From assembly GCF_056746865.1 (NCBI RefSeq), contig NZ_CM163382.1: a stretch of DNA of 64,000 nt; one strand, given 5' to 3'. The notes beneath the pieces were generated by a model. The model did no database searches and had not been told where the DNA came from. It was given only the letters and a program-made list of their open reading frames with translations. The stretch's first letter is position 1. Each line of letters opens with the position of its first letter. The position numbers and the translations under genes are program-made. Positions 39,900-51,555 of this stretch are shown piece after piece.

Positions 39900-41599
39900 A
39901 AATAAAATTACGTATTACTATTATATTAATTTCAGCCTTATGCATTTTTAATGGATTATTGACTCCTGGTGCATATGCCGCAACAGCGAATGGATACGTA
40001 GCAAATAAAGAAAATCTACGTAGTTTTTTTGAAACGGTTTCATCATATGCGGGTAAGCCTACAATAGTAAGTAAGCTTGCCATGAAGAAACAGATCAGCG
40101 GAAATTTTGATTTAACCGAACCCTATGCCTTGATTGAACGCCTGTCGGCGCAGATGGGACTTATTTGGTACGATGATGGCAAAGCTATTTATATCTATGA
40201 CTCATCAGAGATGCGTAATGCTCTGATTAATCTGAGAAAGGTATCGACTAATGAGTTTAATAATTTCTTAAAAAAATCGGGTCTGTATAACTCTCGTTAT
40301 GAAATTAAAGGGGGCGGCAATGGTACTTTCTATGTATCGGGGCCACCGGTTTATGTTGACCTGGTCGTTAATGCTGCAAAATTAATGGAGCAAAACAGTG
40401 ATGGCATCGAGATCGGACGCAATAAAGTAGGGATTATTCACCTGGTCAACACATTCGTTAATGATCGGACTTATGAATTACGTGGCGAAAAGATAGTTAT
40501 TCCTGGCATGGCAAAAGTACTATCGACGTTGTTAAATAATAACATTAAGCAAAGCACTGGGGTTAACGTACTTTCTGAAATTTCAAGTCGTCAACAACTA
40601 AAAAACGTATCACGTATGCCTCCTTTTCCTGGTGCTGAAGAAGATGATGATCTACAAGTAGAGAAAATAATATCGACAGCTGGAGCGCCAGAGACTGACG
40701 ATATACAAATTATTGCATATCCTGATACCAACAGTTTACTTGTTAAAGGAACAGTATCTCAGGTTGATTTTATCGAGAAGTTAGTAGCTACACTCGATAT
40801 TCCAAAGCGACACATTGAATTATCTTTATGGATAATAGATATTGATAAGACTGATCTAGAACAGTTAGGAGCTGACTGGTCGGGCACGATAAAAATTGGA
40901 TCCAGCCTAAGTGCATCATTTAATAATTCAGGTTCAATTAGTACCCTGGATGGGACACAGTTTATTGCAACAATACAGGCACTTGCGCAAAAAAGAAGAG
41001 CCGCCGTTGTTGCTCGTCCTGTCGTTTTAACACAGGAGAATATTCCTGCTATATTTGATAATAACCGTACTTTCTATACTAAATTAGTCGGCGAGCGTAC
41101 TGCGGAGTTGGATGAAGTAACCTATGGTACGATGATTAGCGTGCTACCACGATTTGCTTCGCGAAATCAAATTGAATTACTCTTGAATATTGAAGATGGC
41201 AATGAAATCAATTCTGACAAGACCAATGTTGATGATCTGCCTCAGGTTGGTAGAACGCTTATAAGTACTATTGCGCGCGTGCCTCAAGGGAAAAGTCTTT
41301 TGATTGGTGGATATACACGAGATACGAATACCTATGAAAGTCGCAAGATCCCAATATTAGGCAGTATTCCATTTATTGGTAAATTATTTGGATATGAAGG
41401 AACAAATGCGAATAACATCGTTCGTGTCTTTCTTATTGAGCCAAGAGAGATCGATGAGCGCATGATGAATAATGCGAATGAGGCTGCGGTTGACGCCAGA
41501 GCAATAACACAGCAAATGGCAAAAAATAAAGAAATCAACGATGAATTACTGCAGAAATGGATAAAAACTTACCTGAATCGTGAAGTCGTCGGAGGATAG
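39896..41599 (+). CDS. eivG: T3SS outer-membrane secretin (InvG/SctC homologue)
   Basis: 567 aa with a signal peptide and the secretin C-domain (VVARPVVLTQENIPAIFDNNRTFY...KIPILGSIPFIGKLF). Confidence 0.92.
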   Translation: MKIKLRITIILISALCIFNGLLTPGAYAATANGYVANKENLRSFFETVSSYAGKPTIVSKLAMKKQISGNFDLTEPYALIERLSAQMGLIWYDDGKAIYIYDSSEMRNALINLRKVSTNEFNNFLKKSGLYNSRYEIKGGGNGTFYVSGPPVYVDLVVNAAKLMEQNSDGIEIGRNKVGIIHLVNTFVNDRTYELRGEKIVIPGMAKVLSTLLNNNIKQSTGVNVLSEISSRQQLKNVSRMPPFPGAEEDDDLQVEKIISTAGAPETDDIQIIAYPDTNSLLVKGTVSQVDFIEKLVATLDIPKRHIELSLWIIDIDKTDLEQLGADWSGTIKIGSSLSASFNNSGSISTLDGTQFIATIQALAQKRRAAVVARPVVLTQENIPAIFDNNRTFYTKLVGERTAELDEVTYGTMISVLPRFASRNQIELLLNIEDGNEINSDKTNVDDLPQVGRTLISTIARVPQGKSLLIGGYTRDTNTYESRKIPILGSIPFIGKLFGYEGTNANNIVRVFLIEPREIDERMMNNANEAAVDARAITQQMAKNKEINDELLQKWIKTYLNREVVGG

Positions 41600-41603
41600 T
41601 GAA

Positions 41604-42749
41604 ATGGCGATTCATGTAGAGCATGTCGGTGTATTAGAAAGAGCCAGAGAAGTTTCTCGCTTAGAGGACATTATCACAGAAGATAATGAAGATATTGAAG
41701 CTGAAATGCCTAAAATGGGGGATGATCCCGCCGGTAAAGAAGCTCGATTCTTACAAGCTACTGACGAGATGTCAGCAGCGTTAACGCAGTTTATGAAGAA
41801 AAAAATCTACGAAGAACAACTGGCCAACTTTCTGGACGGAGAAGAATATGTCCTGGAAGATCAGCCAATAGAAAAAACCGATAAAGTCATGGAGGCGCTT
41901 AAGGCTGCAACTACCCATGACTATGAAGTGTATAGCTTTGCTAAAAAATTATTTCCAGATGAAAGCGATCTGGTGGTTGTATTACGTGCAATTTTACGTA
42001 AAAAACAAATATCTGAAAATGTGCGGCTAAACGCTGAAGCATTACTTAGAAAAGTTAATCAAGAGACTACTAAAAAATTCATTAATAGTGGCATTAACTC
42101 GGCATTAAAAGCAAAGTTATTTGGCCAGGCATTGTCATTAAATCCAAAATTACTAAGGGCAAGTTATCGACAATTTTTAATGGCAGAAGACGATGCTGTA
42201 GATACTTATGTAGAATGGATTGGTAGTTATGGCTATCAAAATAGAATGCTAGTGACAAAATTTATCAAAGAGACGCTTTTCTCAGATATAAATGCACTTG
42301 ATGCGAGTTGTTCATCATTGGAATTTGGTATGTTTCTCAATAAGTTGTCACAACTATTGTCTCTTCAGTCGGCAGAGGCTTTATTTCTGAAAACTTTAAT
42401 GAATAACCCAATAATTAAAAAATTTATTAGCGCAGAAGATTACTGGATATTTTTTCTGATATCGTTAATAAAGTTTCCTGAGACTGCAGAGGAACTCCTG
42501 AAAAATGCACTGGTAACCCTACCCGCAGATGCTAATTATAAAGACAAAACGTTACTCCTGAAGGCGATTTACAGCGGATGTACAAATCTTCCATTTTCAC
42601 TTTTTATTAATAATGAACAATTATTAGAGATTAGGGAGTGTTGTAAACAGGCAATAAAAGTAACATTTGCAGCAGAGCTCTTTGATACACAAAACAGTAA
42701 TAAAAAACAAAATAAAAAACCATGGAAGAAGGTAATGTTCAATGTTTAA
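41604..42749 (+). CDS. eivE: T3SS gatekeeper (InvE/SctW homologue)
   Basis: 381 aa from the ATG at 41604 after a GGAGGA RBS. Position between the secretin and the export-gate gene, as in SPI-1. Confidence 0.8.
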   Translation: MAIHVEHVGVLERAREVSRLEDIITEDNEDIEAEMPKMGDDPAGKEARFLQATDEMSAALTQFMKKKIYEEQLANFLDGEEYVLEDQPIEKTDKVMEALKAATTHDYEVYSFAKKLFPDESDLVVVLRAILRKKQISENVRLNAEALLRKVNQETTKKFINSGINSALKAKLFGQALSLNPKLLRASYRQFLMAEDDAVDTYVEWIGSYGYQNRMLVTKFIKETLFSDINALDASCSSLEFGMFLNKLSQLLSLQSAEALFLKTLMNNPIIKKFISAEDYWIFFLISLIKFPETAEELLKNALVTLPADANYKDKTLLLKAIYSGCTNLPFSLFINNEQLLEIRECCKQAIKVTFAAELFDTQNSNKKQNKKPWKKVMFNV

Positions 42750-44802
42750 CAAAGTTTTGATAGGGTTAAGGAGTCATCCAGAATTAATAATTCTTGGATT
42801 AATGGTGATGATTATCGCCATGCTCATAATTCCATTGCCCACCTACTTAATCGATTTTTTGATTGGGCTGAACTTAACATTGGCAATACTTGTGTTTTTA
42901 GGATCATTCTATGTTGATAGGATTTTAAGTTTTTCTTCATTCCCATCAATTCTTCTCATCACAACGTTATTTCGTTTGGCGCTGGCGATCAGTACCAGCC
43001 GACTTATACTTCTTGAGGCGGACGCCGGAGAAATTATAACGAGTTTTGGTGAATTCGTTATTGGAGATAGCCTGGTAGTTGGTTTTGTTATTTTCTCCAT
43101 TGTTACTATTGTTCAGTTTATCGTGATTACTAAAGGTTCGGAACGTGTGGCTGAAGTTGCTGCCCGCTTTTCGCTTGACGGTATGCCAGGTAAACAAATG
43201 AGTATTGACGCCGATCTACGCGCCGGGATCATTGATGCAGATTTAGCAAAAGAACGTCGTAGCGTATTAGAACGAGAGAGTCAGCTGTATGGTTCCTTTG
43301 ATGGTGCGATGAAATTTATCAAAGGTGATGCTATTGCAAACATTATTATTATCTTTGTTAATATTATCGGTGGGCTATCAGTAGGAGTAGGCCAAAATGG
43401 AATGGATTTCTCGACAGCGTTGACCGTCTACACAATTCTTACCGTCGGTGATGGTCTTGTTTCACAAATTCCAGCTTTATTAATTGCTATTAGTGCAGGG
43501 TTTATCGTAACGCGCGTGAATGGCGATAGTGATAATATGGGGCAAAATATAATGTCCCAGTTATTAAGTAATTCTTTTGTCATTATTGTGACATGTGTCC
43601 TCGCGCTAAGTATTGGGTTGCTTCCAGGTTTTCCCCTTCTTGTGTTTTTATGTTTGGCAGTAATCTTAGGAATTTATTTTTACTTTAAATTCAAAAAGAA
43701 AGGGGTTGAAGAAACGGTTGTTGAGGGAGATATCACCGTTGGGTTGGAACCCTATAATCAGGATGATGATATTTCATTAGGTATTATTAATAAACTTGAT
43801 CAGGTTATTACCGAAACGGTACCCTTGGTTTTGATTATGAATAGTGTACAGGCTAAAAAATACACTGAAATCAATCTTGCTGATAGGATTCGTAGTCAGT
43901 TTTTTATTGAGTATGGTATCCGTATTCCCGGTATTGTCATTCGCGAGGGGGAAGGCCTTAATGATGAAGATGTCATATTAATGCTAAATGAAGTCAGAGC
44001 CTCGCAATTTAAAATTTATCATGATCTTGTCTTGTTGGTTGAATATTCAGATGAAGTGGTTTCGACTTTGATCAAGAAACCTGTCATCGTAAATAATAAT
44101 GGTGAACAATATTATTGGGTTACAAAAAGTGATGCCCAAAAATTAACAAAAATTGGCTGTTATACTCGCACGGCCATGGATGAAATGTACAATCATTTAT
44201 CTGTATGTCTGGCTCATAATATTAATGAGTATTTTGGTATACAAGAAACCAAATATATTCTTGATCAATTAGAGATGAAGTATCCTGATCTATTAAAAGA
44301 AATATTAAGATATATAACCGTGCAGCGCATTTCAGAGGTAATTCAGCGTCTGATCCAGGAGCGAATTTCAGTGCGCAATATGCGTTTAGTTATGGAGGCT
44401 TTAGCATTATGGAGCCCACGAGAGAAAGATATAATTACACTCGTCGAGCATGTACGAGGTGCATTAGGTCGCTACATTTGCCATAAGTTTTCATATTCTG
44501 GAGAAATTAAAGCAATTGTGATTTCGCCTGAAATAGAGGACAGAATCAGAGATGGTGTCAGGCCTACCGCTGGCGGTACTTTTCTTAATCTCGATGCATC
44601 CGAAGCTGAGATGATTCTGGATAATTTTAAACTGGCTCTTTCTGGAATCAATATTCCTATTAAAGACATTATTTTACTGGGATCTGTGGATATTCGTCGT
44701 TTTATCAAAAAACTTATTGAATCTAGTTATCGAGACCTCGAAGTACTTTCGTACGGGGAACTAACGGAAAATGTTCCCGTTAATATTCTGAAAACTATTT
44801 AG
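42742..44802 (+). CDS. eivA: T3SS export gate major subunit (InvA/SctV homologue)
   Basis: 686 aa, strongly InvA-like throughout ([23 protein letters not shown]...[24 protein letters not shown]...). Confidence 0.95.
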   Translation: MFNKVLIGLRSHPELIILGLMVMIIAMLIIPLPTYLIDFLIGLNLTLAILVFLGSFYVDRILSFSSFPSILLITTLFRLALAISTSRLILLEADAGEIITSFGEFVIGDSLVVGFVIFSIVTIVQFIVITKGSERVAEVAARFSLDGMPGKQMSIDADLRAGIIDADLAKERRSVLERESQLYGSFDGAMKFIKGDAIANIIIIFVNIIGGLSVGVGQNGMDFSTALTVYTILTVGDGLVSQIPALLIAISAGFIVTRVNGDSDNMGQNIMSQLLSNSFVIIVTCVLALSIGLLPGFPLLVFLCLAVILGIYFYFKFKKKGVEETVVEGDITVGLEPYNQDDDISLGIINKLDQVITETVPLVLIMNSVQAKKYTEINLADRIRSQFFIEYGIRIPGIVIREGEGLNDEDVILMLNEVRASQFKIYHDLVLLVEYSDEVVSTLIKKPVIVNNNGEQYYWVTKSDAQKLTKIGCYTRTAMDEMYNHLSVCLAHNINEYFGIQETKYILDQLEMKYPDLLKEILRYITVQRISEVIQRLIQERISVRNMRLVMEALALWSPREKDIITLVEHVRGALGRYICHKFSYSGEIKAIVISPEIEDRIRDGVRPTAGGTFLNLDASEAEMILDNFKLALSGINIPIKDIILLGSVDIRRFIKKLIESSYRDLEVLSYGELTENVPVNILKTI

Positions 44803-44833
44803 GATAATGTCTTGCGATATGGAGCATGCTGGT

Positions 44834-46126
44834 ATGAAAAAATTAAAACTATTAAATAAATACAGCTACTTACATAGCATAAACGGCTCGCTGATTGAAG
44901 CAGAGCTTGACGACGTTTCAGTGGGCGAAGTATGCGAAATTTATGCGAGCTGGCAAGCAAATGAACGTATAGCCAGGGCTCAGGTCGTTGGCTTTCGCAA
45001 TGGAAAGACATTATTAAACCTTATAGGCAGCTCTGTGGGGCTTACACGTACTGCAGTTTTGAAACCAACGGGAGAGCAGTTAACCATACAGATCAGTGAT
45101 GCCTTTCTTGGTTCAGTTTTGAATGCTTCTGGTCAAATTATGGAAAGGTTTGTCCCGGACACTCCAGGCGAAAGGGGAAATTTACGCCTGATTGATGAAC
45201 TGCCACCGTCGTATCAGGAACGTCGAGTTATTAATACACCACTAGAGACACGGATAAGAGTCATTGATGGCGTACTGACATGTGGCATTGGTCAACGTGT
45301 TGGGATTTTCGCATCGGCTGGCTGTGGCAAAACGGTTTTAATGCATATGCTTGTAAACAACACTGAAGCTGATGTGTTTGTTATTGGCTTGATTGGCGAA
45401 CGTGGAAGGGAAGTTACGGAATGCGCGGAATCGCTGAAAAAATCAGTAAATGCAGCAAAATGTGTTTTGGTTTATGCCACCTCTGATTTTTCGTCAGTAG
45501 ATCGGTGTAATGCCGCCCTGATGGCGACAACCGTGGCAGAGTATTTTAGAGATCGTGGAAAGAGAGTTGTACTTTTTATCGACTCAATGACGCGGTATGC
45601 ACGAGCACTACGCGATATGAAGCTGGCAGCGGGTGAACCACCTGCCAGGCGTGGTTATCCTGCTTCTGTTTTTGACAGTTTACCTCGCTTACTGGAGAGG
45701 CCGGGACCAACATTAAAAGGAAGTATTACTGCGTTTTATACCGTATTACTGGAGGGGGAGGATGAATCAGACCCACTGGGTGATGAAATTCGCTCAATCC
45801 TTGATGGCCATATCTATCTAAGTCGCAAACTCGCTGGGCAAGGTCATTATCCGGCAATAGATGTACTAAAAAGTGTGAGTCGAGTATTTGGTCAGGTCAC
45901 TGATGAAAAACACAGAGATAATGCAGCACGGGTAAGGAAGATCCTCACAACTTTGGAAGATCTACAGGTGTTTATTGATTTAGGGGAATATCGCGCTGGG
46001 CAAAATGCTGAAAATGATTTTGCTATGAATGCCCGGCCTAAACTCACAAATTGGTTAAAACAGTCAGTTAATGAAAAAATGCCAATGAGTGAAACGCTAA
46101 AAGAGCTTGAACGAATTGTTAAGTAA
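44834..46126 (+). CDS. eivC: T3SS ATPase (InvC/SctN homologue)
   Basis: 430 aa from [10 protein letters not shown]. Walker [15 protein letters not shown] and Walker [13 protein letters not shown]. Confidence 0.92.
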   Translation: MKKLKLLNKYSYLHSINGSLIEAELDDVSVGEVCEIYASWQANERIARAQVVGFRNGKTLLNLIGSSVGLTRTAVLKPTGEQLTIQISDAFLGSVLNASGQIMERFVPDTPGERGNLRLIDELPPSYQERRVINTPLETRIRVIDGVLTCGIGQRVGIFASAGCGKTVLMHMLVNNTEADVFVIGLIGERGREVTECAESLKKSVNAAKCVLVYATSDFSSVDRCNAALMATTVAEYFRDRGKRVVLFIDSMTRYARALRDMKLAAGEPPARRGYPASVFDSLPRLLERPGPTLKGSITAFYTVLLEGEDESDPLGDEIRSILDGHIYLSRKLAGQGHYPAIDVLKSVSRVFGQVTDEKHRDNAARVRKILTTLEDLQVFIDLGEYRAGQNAENDFAMNARPKLTNWLKQSVNEKMPMSETLKELERIVK

Positions 46127-46574
46127 AGTTAATCGACTTATCAGAAGAACAGCGCAGAGCCTGGCTGCATGTGAAGCATCATTACAAAAGTTAAATGCAG
46201 AAAAAGAAAAGTTAGTCGAAAAGGAACGCCTGTATGATATGCAACTTAAAAACCTACAGTCACTGTTAGATATGAAGGAATTACTCGGCGAAGTTGTATT
46301 TCGCCAGGATATATTTTACTCGTTACGTAAAGTTGCAGTCATTCAGCAGCAGATCGCTGAGATAAATCTTGAAAAGCAAAAAATAGCAGAGCGGCGAAAA
46401 ATACTTAACAAGGAAATAGTTCAACAGCAAGCACAAAGAAAACACTGGTGGCTAAAAGGAGAAAAGTACGATCGACTAAAGAAGCGCATCAAAAAACAAC
46501 TTTTAAATCAGATGCTTTATCAAGACGAGCTTGAACAGGAGGAGAAATATAATGGACGAAGTCAAGAAAATTGA
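46107..46574 (+). CDS. eivI: T3SS stalk/chaperone-like coiled-coil protein (InvI/SctO homologue); non-ATG start uncertain
   Basis: 155-aa highly charged coiled-coil ORF overlapping the eivC end. The only starts near the 5' end are TTG codons (46107 and 46116). Confidence 0.55.
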   Translation: MNELLSKVNRLIRRTAQSLAACEASLQKLNAEKEKLVEKERLYDMQLKNLQSLLDMKELLGEVVFRQDIFYSLRKVAVIQQQIAEINLEKQKIAERRKILNKEIVQQQAQRKHWWLKGEKYDRLKKRIKKQLLNQMLYQDELEQEEKYNGRSQEN

Positions 46575-47427
46575 ACATTATAAAAATTTAAACACAGACA
46601 CATCCGAGAATTCTGCTGCGGATTTAGACAGTTTCTTAAAGAAAAACAAAAAAAATAAAGAAATGAGTGAGATTGTTGCTGGATCCATTCTCCAGTTATT
46701 ACGTCAGGCTCAGGATAGCCAATTCCTTACGTTTGGGAAAAAGAATGGGCAAATGAAGTCTATTGATAACAAATCGTCTCTCCAGGTTGACAGGAATTCT
46801 TCTTTTTCTTTGCAAACAAATGGAATAGAGCAACTTTCTACAAAGAAAGTCCTCAATATGACTTCACGAGATCAGGGTGTTAATTCTGAACTATCTGATA
46901 AAGCGATACAATTTAAGGGGGAAATCCATAATGGTATCCATACAGAAAACATCACGGTTCAAAACCACAGTAATAATAAAGAGCGTGAAAAAAAATATCG
47001 CGATGGAGACAAAAAAAATGGAGAGCAGGCCCATTTATTAGATATTACTAACGAAAGAAGGTTTGCTGATAACAAAACCATGTTTACTCAACATATCGAA
47101 AAGCAAAGGAATATTCATACGCTCAATCAGAATGATATAAATAATTCTGTTAATAGTGCCAATGTACCCGAAAATGAATTGACATATCAGTTTCAGCGTT
47201 GGGGACAGAATCATACAGTTCGGATTCTGGAAAGTAGTGAAGGGATACGACTAAAACCATCAGACACGATTGTCTCCGACAGACTCCATGAAGCCCAACA
47301 CAATGATGTTACAGCACAACGTTGGGTATTGACTGAGCAAGATGAACGACAAGGGCAACGACATCAGCCTCATGATGAGCAAGAAAATGAAGGTAAATTC
47401 GAAAACGATCAGAAGGACGAAAGTTAA
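46552..47427 (+). CDS. eivJ: T3SS needle-length regulator candidate (InvJ/SctP homologue)
   Basis: 291 aa from the ATG at 46552 (GGAG RBS). Low-complexity N/Q/K-rich protein in the SPI-1 invJ position. The frame is uninterrupted. Confidence 0.6.
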   Translation: MDEVKKIEHYKNLNTDTSENSAADLDSFLKKNKKNKEMSEIVAGSILQLLRQAQDSQFLTFGKKNGQMKSIDNKSSLQVDRNSSFSLQTNGIEQLSTKKVLNMTSRDQGVNSELSDKAIQFKGEIHNGIHTENITVQNHSNNKEREKKYRDGDKKNGEQAHLLDITNERRFADNKTMFTQHIEKQRNIHTLNQNDINNSVNSANVPENELTYQFQRWGQNHTVRILESSEGIRLKPSDTIVSDRLHEAQHNDVTAQRWVLTEQDERQGQRHQPHDEQENEGKFENDQKDES

Positions 47428-48374
47428 TGTTCGGTCTGAGAAAAGTAAATGGAAACACTCATTCCTTTGAAACCACTTTTCAAAATTGGAAAGAAAAGGG
47501 TGAAGATGTTGCGTTATTAATGCCCGAATTTAGCGCCAAATGGCTACCGATAGCAGAAGAGAGCGGCAGCTGGTCTGGATGGGTGTTACTTCGAGAGTTA
47601 TTTCCCTTAATTTCTGCCGAGCTCGCTGGGATGGCTTTAATGCCAGAAACGGAAAGGTTAATAGGGGAATGGCTCAGTTTATCTAGTACCCCGTTAAATC
47701 TAAAGTATCCTGAACTAAAATATAATCGTTTGTGTGTCGGTAAAGTATTTGATGGAGTATTGAGTCCAGCTCAACCACTGATAAGAATATGGACAGGGGA
47801 ATTAAATATTTGGTTAGATAAAGTCACAGTCTGCCAATACGAAAACGCTCCAACGCTAGACAAAAAATCATTATATTGGCCCATTCATTTTGTAATTGGA
47901 TTTAGTAAAACATGTTATAGAACCATTGTTGATATTGAAGTTGGTGATGTTTTATTAATTTCAAATAATTTTGCTTATGCGGTTATTTATAATACAAAGA
48001 TTTGTGATTTAATTTATCCAGAGGAGTTAAAAATGGTTGATCATTTTGAGTACGAGGAAGATTTTGAAACAGATGACTTTGATATCAAAAAAAGCGAAAT
48101 CGAGATTAATGATGAAAATGACTATCAGCAGATTAATAGTTTTGAAGACTTGCCTGTAAAAATTGAGTTTGTTCTTGGAAAGAAAATTATGAATCTATAT
48201 GAAATAGATGATCTCTGTGCAAAAAGAATTATATCTTTGCTTCCTGAAGCGGAGAAAAATATAGAGATACGTGTAAATGGCGCGCTAACTGGCTATGGCG
48301 AACTTGTTGAAGTGGATGATAAATTGGGCGTAGAAATTCATTCTTGGTTATCAGGGAATAATAATGTCAAATAG
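47427..48374 (+). CDS. epaO: T3SS C-ring/sorting platform protein (SpaO/SctQ homologue)
   Basis: 315 aa with a C-terminal SpoA-like segment (LPVKIEFVLGKKIMNLYEIDDL...VEVDDKLGVEIHSW). Confidence 0.8.
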   Translation: MFGLRKVNGNTHSFETTFQNWKEKGEDVALLMPEFSAKWLPIAEESGSWSGWVLLRELFPLISAELAGMALMPETERLIGEWLSLSSTPLNLKYPELKYNRLCVGKVFDGVLSPAQPLIRIWTGELNIWLDKVTVCQYENAPTLDKKSLYWPIHFVIGFSKTCYRTIVDIEVGDVLLISNNFAYAVIYNTKICDLIYPEELKMVDHFEYEEDFETDDFDIKKSEIEINDENDYQQINSFEDLPVKIEFVLGKKIMNLYEIDDLCAKRIISLLPEAEKNIEIRVNGALTGYGELVEVDDKLGVEIHSWLSGNNNVK

Positions 48375-49029
48375 CATTTCGCTGATAGCGATATTATCAT
48401 TATTTACACTATTACCGTTTATAATAGCATCCGGGACATGTTTTATTAAATTCTCGATTGTTTTTGTTATTGTACGAAACGCTTTGGGACTTCAGCAAGT
48501 GCCATCAAATATGACACTTAATGGGGTAGCTTTGCTATTGTCAATGTTCGTAATGATGCCGGTTGGGAAGGAAATATATAATAACAGTCAGAATGAGAAT
48601 CTTTCATTCAATAATGTTGCGTCGGTTGTTAATTTTGTTGAGACAGGCATGAGTGGTTATAAATCATATTTGATAAAATATTCTGAACCGGAGTTGGTTA
48701 GCTTTTTTGAAAAGATTCAGAAGGTGAATAGTTCTGAAGACAATGAAGAGATAATCGATGATGATAATATTTCAATTTTCTCGTTACTCCCGGCATATGC
48801 GTTGAGTGAGATAAAAAGTGCATTTATTATAGGTTTTTATATTTATTTACCCTTTGTTGTAGTTGATCTGGTTATATCCAGCGTTCTGTTAACGTTAGGT
48901 ATGATGATGATGAGTCCGGTAACCATATCTACACCGATAAAATTAATTCTGTTTGTCGCGATGGACGGTTGGACAATGTTATCGAAAGGACTCATTTTAC
49001 AATATTTTGACCTATCCATTAATCCCTGA
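48364..49029 (+). CDS. epaP: T3SS export apparatus protein SctR (SpaP homologue)
   Basis: 221 aa polytopic membrane protein. [23 protein letters not shown] is the conserved FliP/SctR motif. Confidence 0.9.
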   Translation: MSNSISLIAILSLFTLLPFIIASGTCFIKFSIVFVIVRNALGLQQVPSNMTLNGVALLLSMFVMMPVGKEIYNNSQNENLSFNNVASVVNFVETGMSGYKSYLIKYSEPELVSFFEKIQKVNSSEDNEEIIDDDNISIFSLLPAYALSEIKSAFIIGFYIYLPFVVVDLVISSVLLTLGMMMMSPVTISTPIKLILFVAMDGWTMLSKGLILQYFDLSINP

Positions 49030-49039
49030 GGAAAAAAAT

Positions 49040-49300
49040 ATGGACGACATTGTTTTTGCGGGGAATAGGGCGCTGTATCTGATTTTAGTTATGTCTGCAG
49101 GACCTATTGCAGTTGCGACATTCGTTGGTTTATTGGTAGGGCTTTTTCAAACGGTAACACAGTTGCAAGAACAGACGTTGCCATTTGGCGTCAAATTATT
49201 GTGCGTAAGTATTTGCTTTTTTTTAATGAGCGGATGGTATGGTGAAAAATTATATTCGTTTGGTATCGAAATGCTGAATTTAGCATTCGCGAGAGGATAG
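49040..49300 (+). CDS. epaQ: T3SS export apparatus protein SctS (SpaQ homologue)
   Basis: 86 aa from the ATG at 49040. [47 protein letters not shown] is the FliQ/SctS pattern. Confidence 0.9.
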   Translation: MDDIVFAGNRALYLILVMSAGPIAVATFVGLLVGLFQTVTQLQEQTLPFGVKLLCVSICFFLMSGWYGEKLYSFGIEMLNLAFARG

Positions 49301-49301
49301 C

Positions 49302-50069
49302 ATGGGGGAGGCGATGCTCTATCAGTTGCATAGTCTGCTGGCTGCTACAGCGCTCGGTTTTTGCCGATTGGCACCAACTTTCTATTTGTTACCATTTTTC
49401 GCCAGTGGGAATATACCAACAGTAGTCCGTCATCCAATAATAATAGTGGTATCATGTGCATTAGTTCAGCATTACCACTATGAATTATCTACCCTAAATG
49501 AAATAGATGTCGCTTTGTTTGCTGCCAGAGAAATTATCATAGGGTTGTTTATTGCTTGCTTATTAGCATCCCCATTTTGGATTTTCCTTGCTATAGGTAG
49601 CTTTATCGATAACCAACGTGGTGCAACGTTAAGTAGTACTTTGGATCCGGCTACAGGTGTCGATACATCGGAATTAGCAAGATTATTTAACCTTTTCTCT
49701 GCAGCAGTTTATCTTACTAACGGTGGATTGAACTTTATTCTGGAGACTCTATGGCAAAGTTATAACTTATGGCCTTCAGGAAATTTTAATTTTCCTAAAT
49801 TAGAGCCTTTATTCTCATATATTAATAATATAATGACTCATACTATCGTTTACGCAAGCCCCGTGATTGCGGTTATGCTGGGCGGTGAAGCTGTCCTGGG
49901 ATTGCTGGCACGTTATGCTTCACAACTAAATGCTTTTGCCATCTCACTGACTGTCAAAAGTGCGCTGGCATTTTTAATATTAATTATTTATTTTGGCCCA
50001 ATACTGGCTGAACGAGTTATGCCGTTATCCTTTTTCCAAGAACAATTGCAATTATACATTGATAAATAG
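49302..50069 (+). CDS. epaR: T3SS export apparatus protein SctT (SpaR homologue), uninterrupted
   Basis: 255-aa polytopic membrane ORF with the FliR/SctT-like IDNQRGATLSS segment. Confidence 0.88.
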   Translation: MGEAMLYQLHSLLAATALGFCRLAPTFYLLPFFASGNIPTVVRHPIIIVVSCALVQHYHYELSTLNEIDVALFAAREIIIGLFIACLLASPFWIFLAIGSFIDNQRGATLSSTLDPATGVDTSELARLFNLFSAAVYLTNGGLNFILETLWQSYNLWPSGNFNFPKLEPLFSYINNIMTHTIVYASPVIAVMLGGEAVLGLLARYASQLNAFAISLTVKSALAFLILIIYFGPILAERVMPLSFFQEQLQLYIDK

Positions 50070-50077
50070 AGTGTTTC

Positions 50078-51190
50078 ATGGCAAATAAAACTGAAAAGCC
50101 AACACAAAAGAAACTCCAGGATGCTTCTAAAAAAGGTCAAATTCTAAAAAGTAGAGACTTAACAGTCTCTGTAATAATGCTTGTGGGTACTTTATATCTC
50201 GGATATGTATTTGATGTGCATCACATTATGTCGATTCTTGAATACATCCTTGATCATAACGCTAAACCGGATATTTGGGACTATTTTAAAGCTATGGGGA
50301 TAGGTTGGTTGAAAACGATCATTCCTTTTTTGCTGGTTTGTATGTTTACAACAATACTTGTTTCATGGTTTCAAAGTAAAATGCAATTAGCAACTGAAGC
50401 TATTAAGTTTAAGTTTGATTCATTAAATCCAGTAAATGGCTTAAAACGTATATTTGGCTTAAAAACCGTAAAAGAATTTGTTAAAGCAATACTTTATATT
50501 ATTTTTTTTGCATTGGCGATCAAATTATTTTGGAGTAACCATAAATCACTGCTTTTTAAAACTCTTGATGGAGATATCATTTCTTTATTATCAGATTGGG
50601 GAGAGATGCTATTCCTTCTCATACTGTATTGTCTCGGCAGTATGATAATTGTCTTAATTTTTGATTTTATCGCTGAATATTTTTTATTTATGAAAGATAT
50701 GAAAATGGATAAACAAGAAGTTAAAAGAGAATACAAGGAACAAGAAGGAAGTCCAGAAATTAAGTCTAAACGCAGAGAGCGCCATCAAGAAATTCTTTCT
50801 GAGCAATTGAAATCTGATGTCAGTAATAGCCGTTTGATGATTGCCAACCCTACTCACATTGCCATAGGGATATACTTTAAGCCACATCTGTCACCTATCC
50901 CATTGATTTCTGTAAGAGAAACTAATGAGGTAGCATTAGCCGTAAGGAAATATGCAAAGGAAATCGGGATACCAATTATTACAGATAAAAAATTAGCACG
51001 AAAAATTTATGCTACCCATCGTCGCTACGATTATGTGAGCTTCGAAAATATAGATGAAATATTACGTCTTCTGCTGTGGCTTGAAGATGTGGAGAATGCC
51101 GGACAACCTGTTCCAGATGAACAGTTCTCTTCAGAAGATAAATTCATTGAGGGTGAAGACACAGAAATCGAGAATAAAGATAATAATTGA
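50078..51190 (+). CDS. epaS: T3SS autoprotease/substrate switch SctU (SpaS homologue)
   Basis: 370 aa. N-terminal MANKTEKPTQKKLQDASKKGQILKSRDL. The NPTH autocleavage motif (MIANPTHIAIGIYF) is present. Confidence 0.92.
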   Translation: MANKTEKPTQKKLQDASKKGQILKSRDLTVSVIMLVGTLYLGYVFDVHHIMSILEYILDHNAKPDIWDYFKAMGIGWLKTIIPFLLVCMFTTILVSWFQSKMQLATEAIKFKFDSLNPVNGLKRIFGLKTVKEFVKAILYIIFFALAIKLFWSNHKSLLFKTLDGDIISLLSDWGEMLFLLILYCLGSMIIVLIFDFIAEYFLFMKDMKMDKQEVKREYKEQEGSPEIKSKRRERHQEILSEQLKSDVSNSRLMIANPTHIAIGIYFKPHLSPIPLISVRETNEVALAVRKYAKEIGIPIITDKKLARKIYATHRRYDYVSFENIDEILRLLLWLEDVENAGQPVPDEQFSSEDKFIEGEDTEIENKDNN

Positions 51191-51260
51191 ATAAATTAAT
51201 TTCTATCGTAGTCAGATATTTAAAAATAATCTACACGCAAAAAGCGTGTAGATTCATTAT

Positions 51261-51554
51261 TTAATGAGTTAAACGATCTTGCGAAATGAGAAGCAATTGA
51301 TACATACTCATCTCTTTATAAGCTGGAACTGTAGTAACCTGTGCAAATTCGCGATATAGCTTTTGCTCCAGTTCTGCTGAAGATATATATTCCGGGTGTT
51401 CGCTAAAGAACTGTCTTGCATCTACTATCGCTTGGGATTCGCCACTTCTTTTATTTTGATTCTCCTTTAATGAATTTTCTCTGGTGCATGCAGAGAGCAA
51501 CGATATCAGCGCGACAGTTATTATGATTTTACTATTATATCTTACTAATGACAT
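51261..51554 (-). CDS. Small lipoprotein of unknown function (97 aa)
   Basis: Lipobox LLSAC after a hydrophobic signal. Abuts the etrA stop in the same orientation (1-nt gap, etrA stop at 51556-51558). Confidence 0.5.
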   Translation of the reverse strand: MSLVRYNSKIIITVALISLLSACTRENSLKENQNKRSGESQAIVDARQFFSEHPEYISSAELEQKLYREFAQVTTVPAYKEMSMYQLLLISQDRLTH

Positions 51555-51555
51555 A

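Noticed and set aside
44802-44834. A missing invB-like chaperone gene between eivA and eivC
   Set aside because: The gap is only 31 bp and no small ORF fits. This is treated as genuine absence, as I recall for ETT2, rather than a missed gene.
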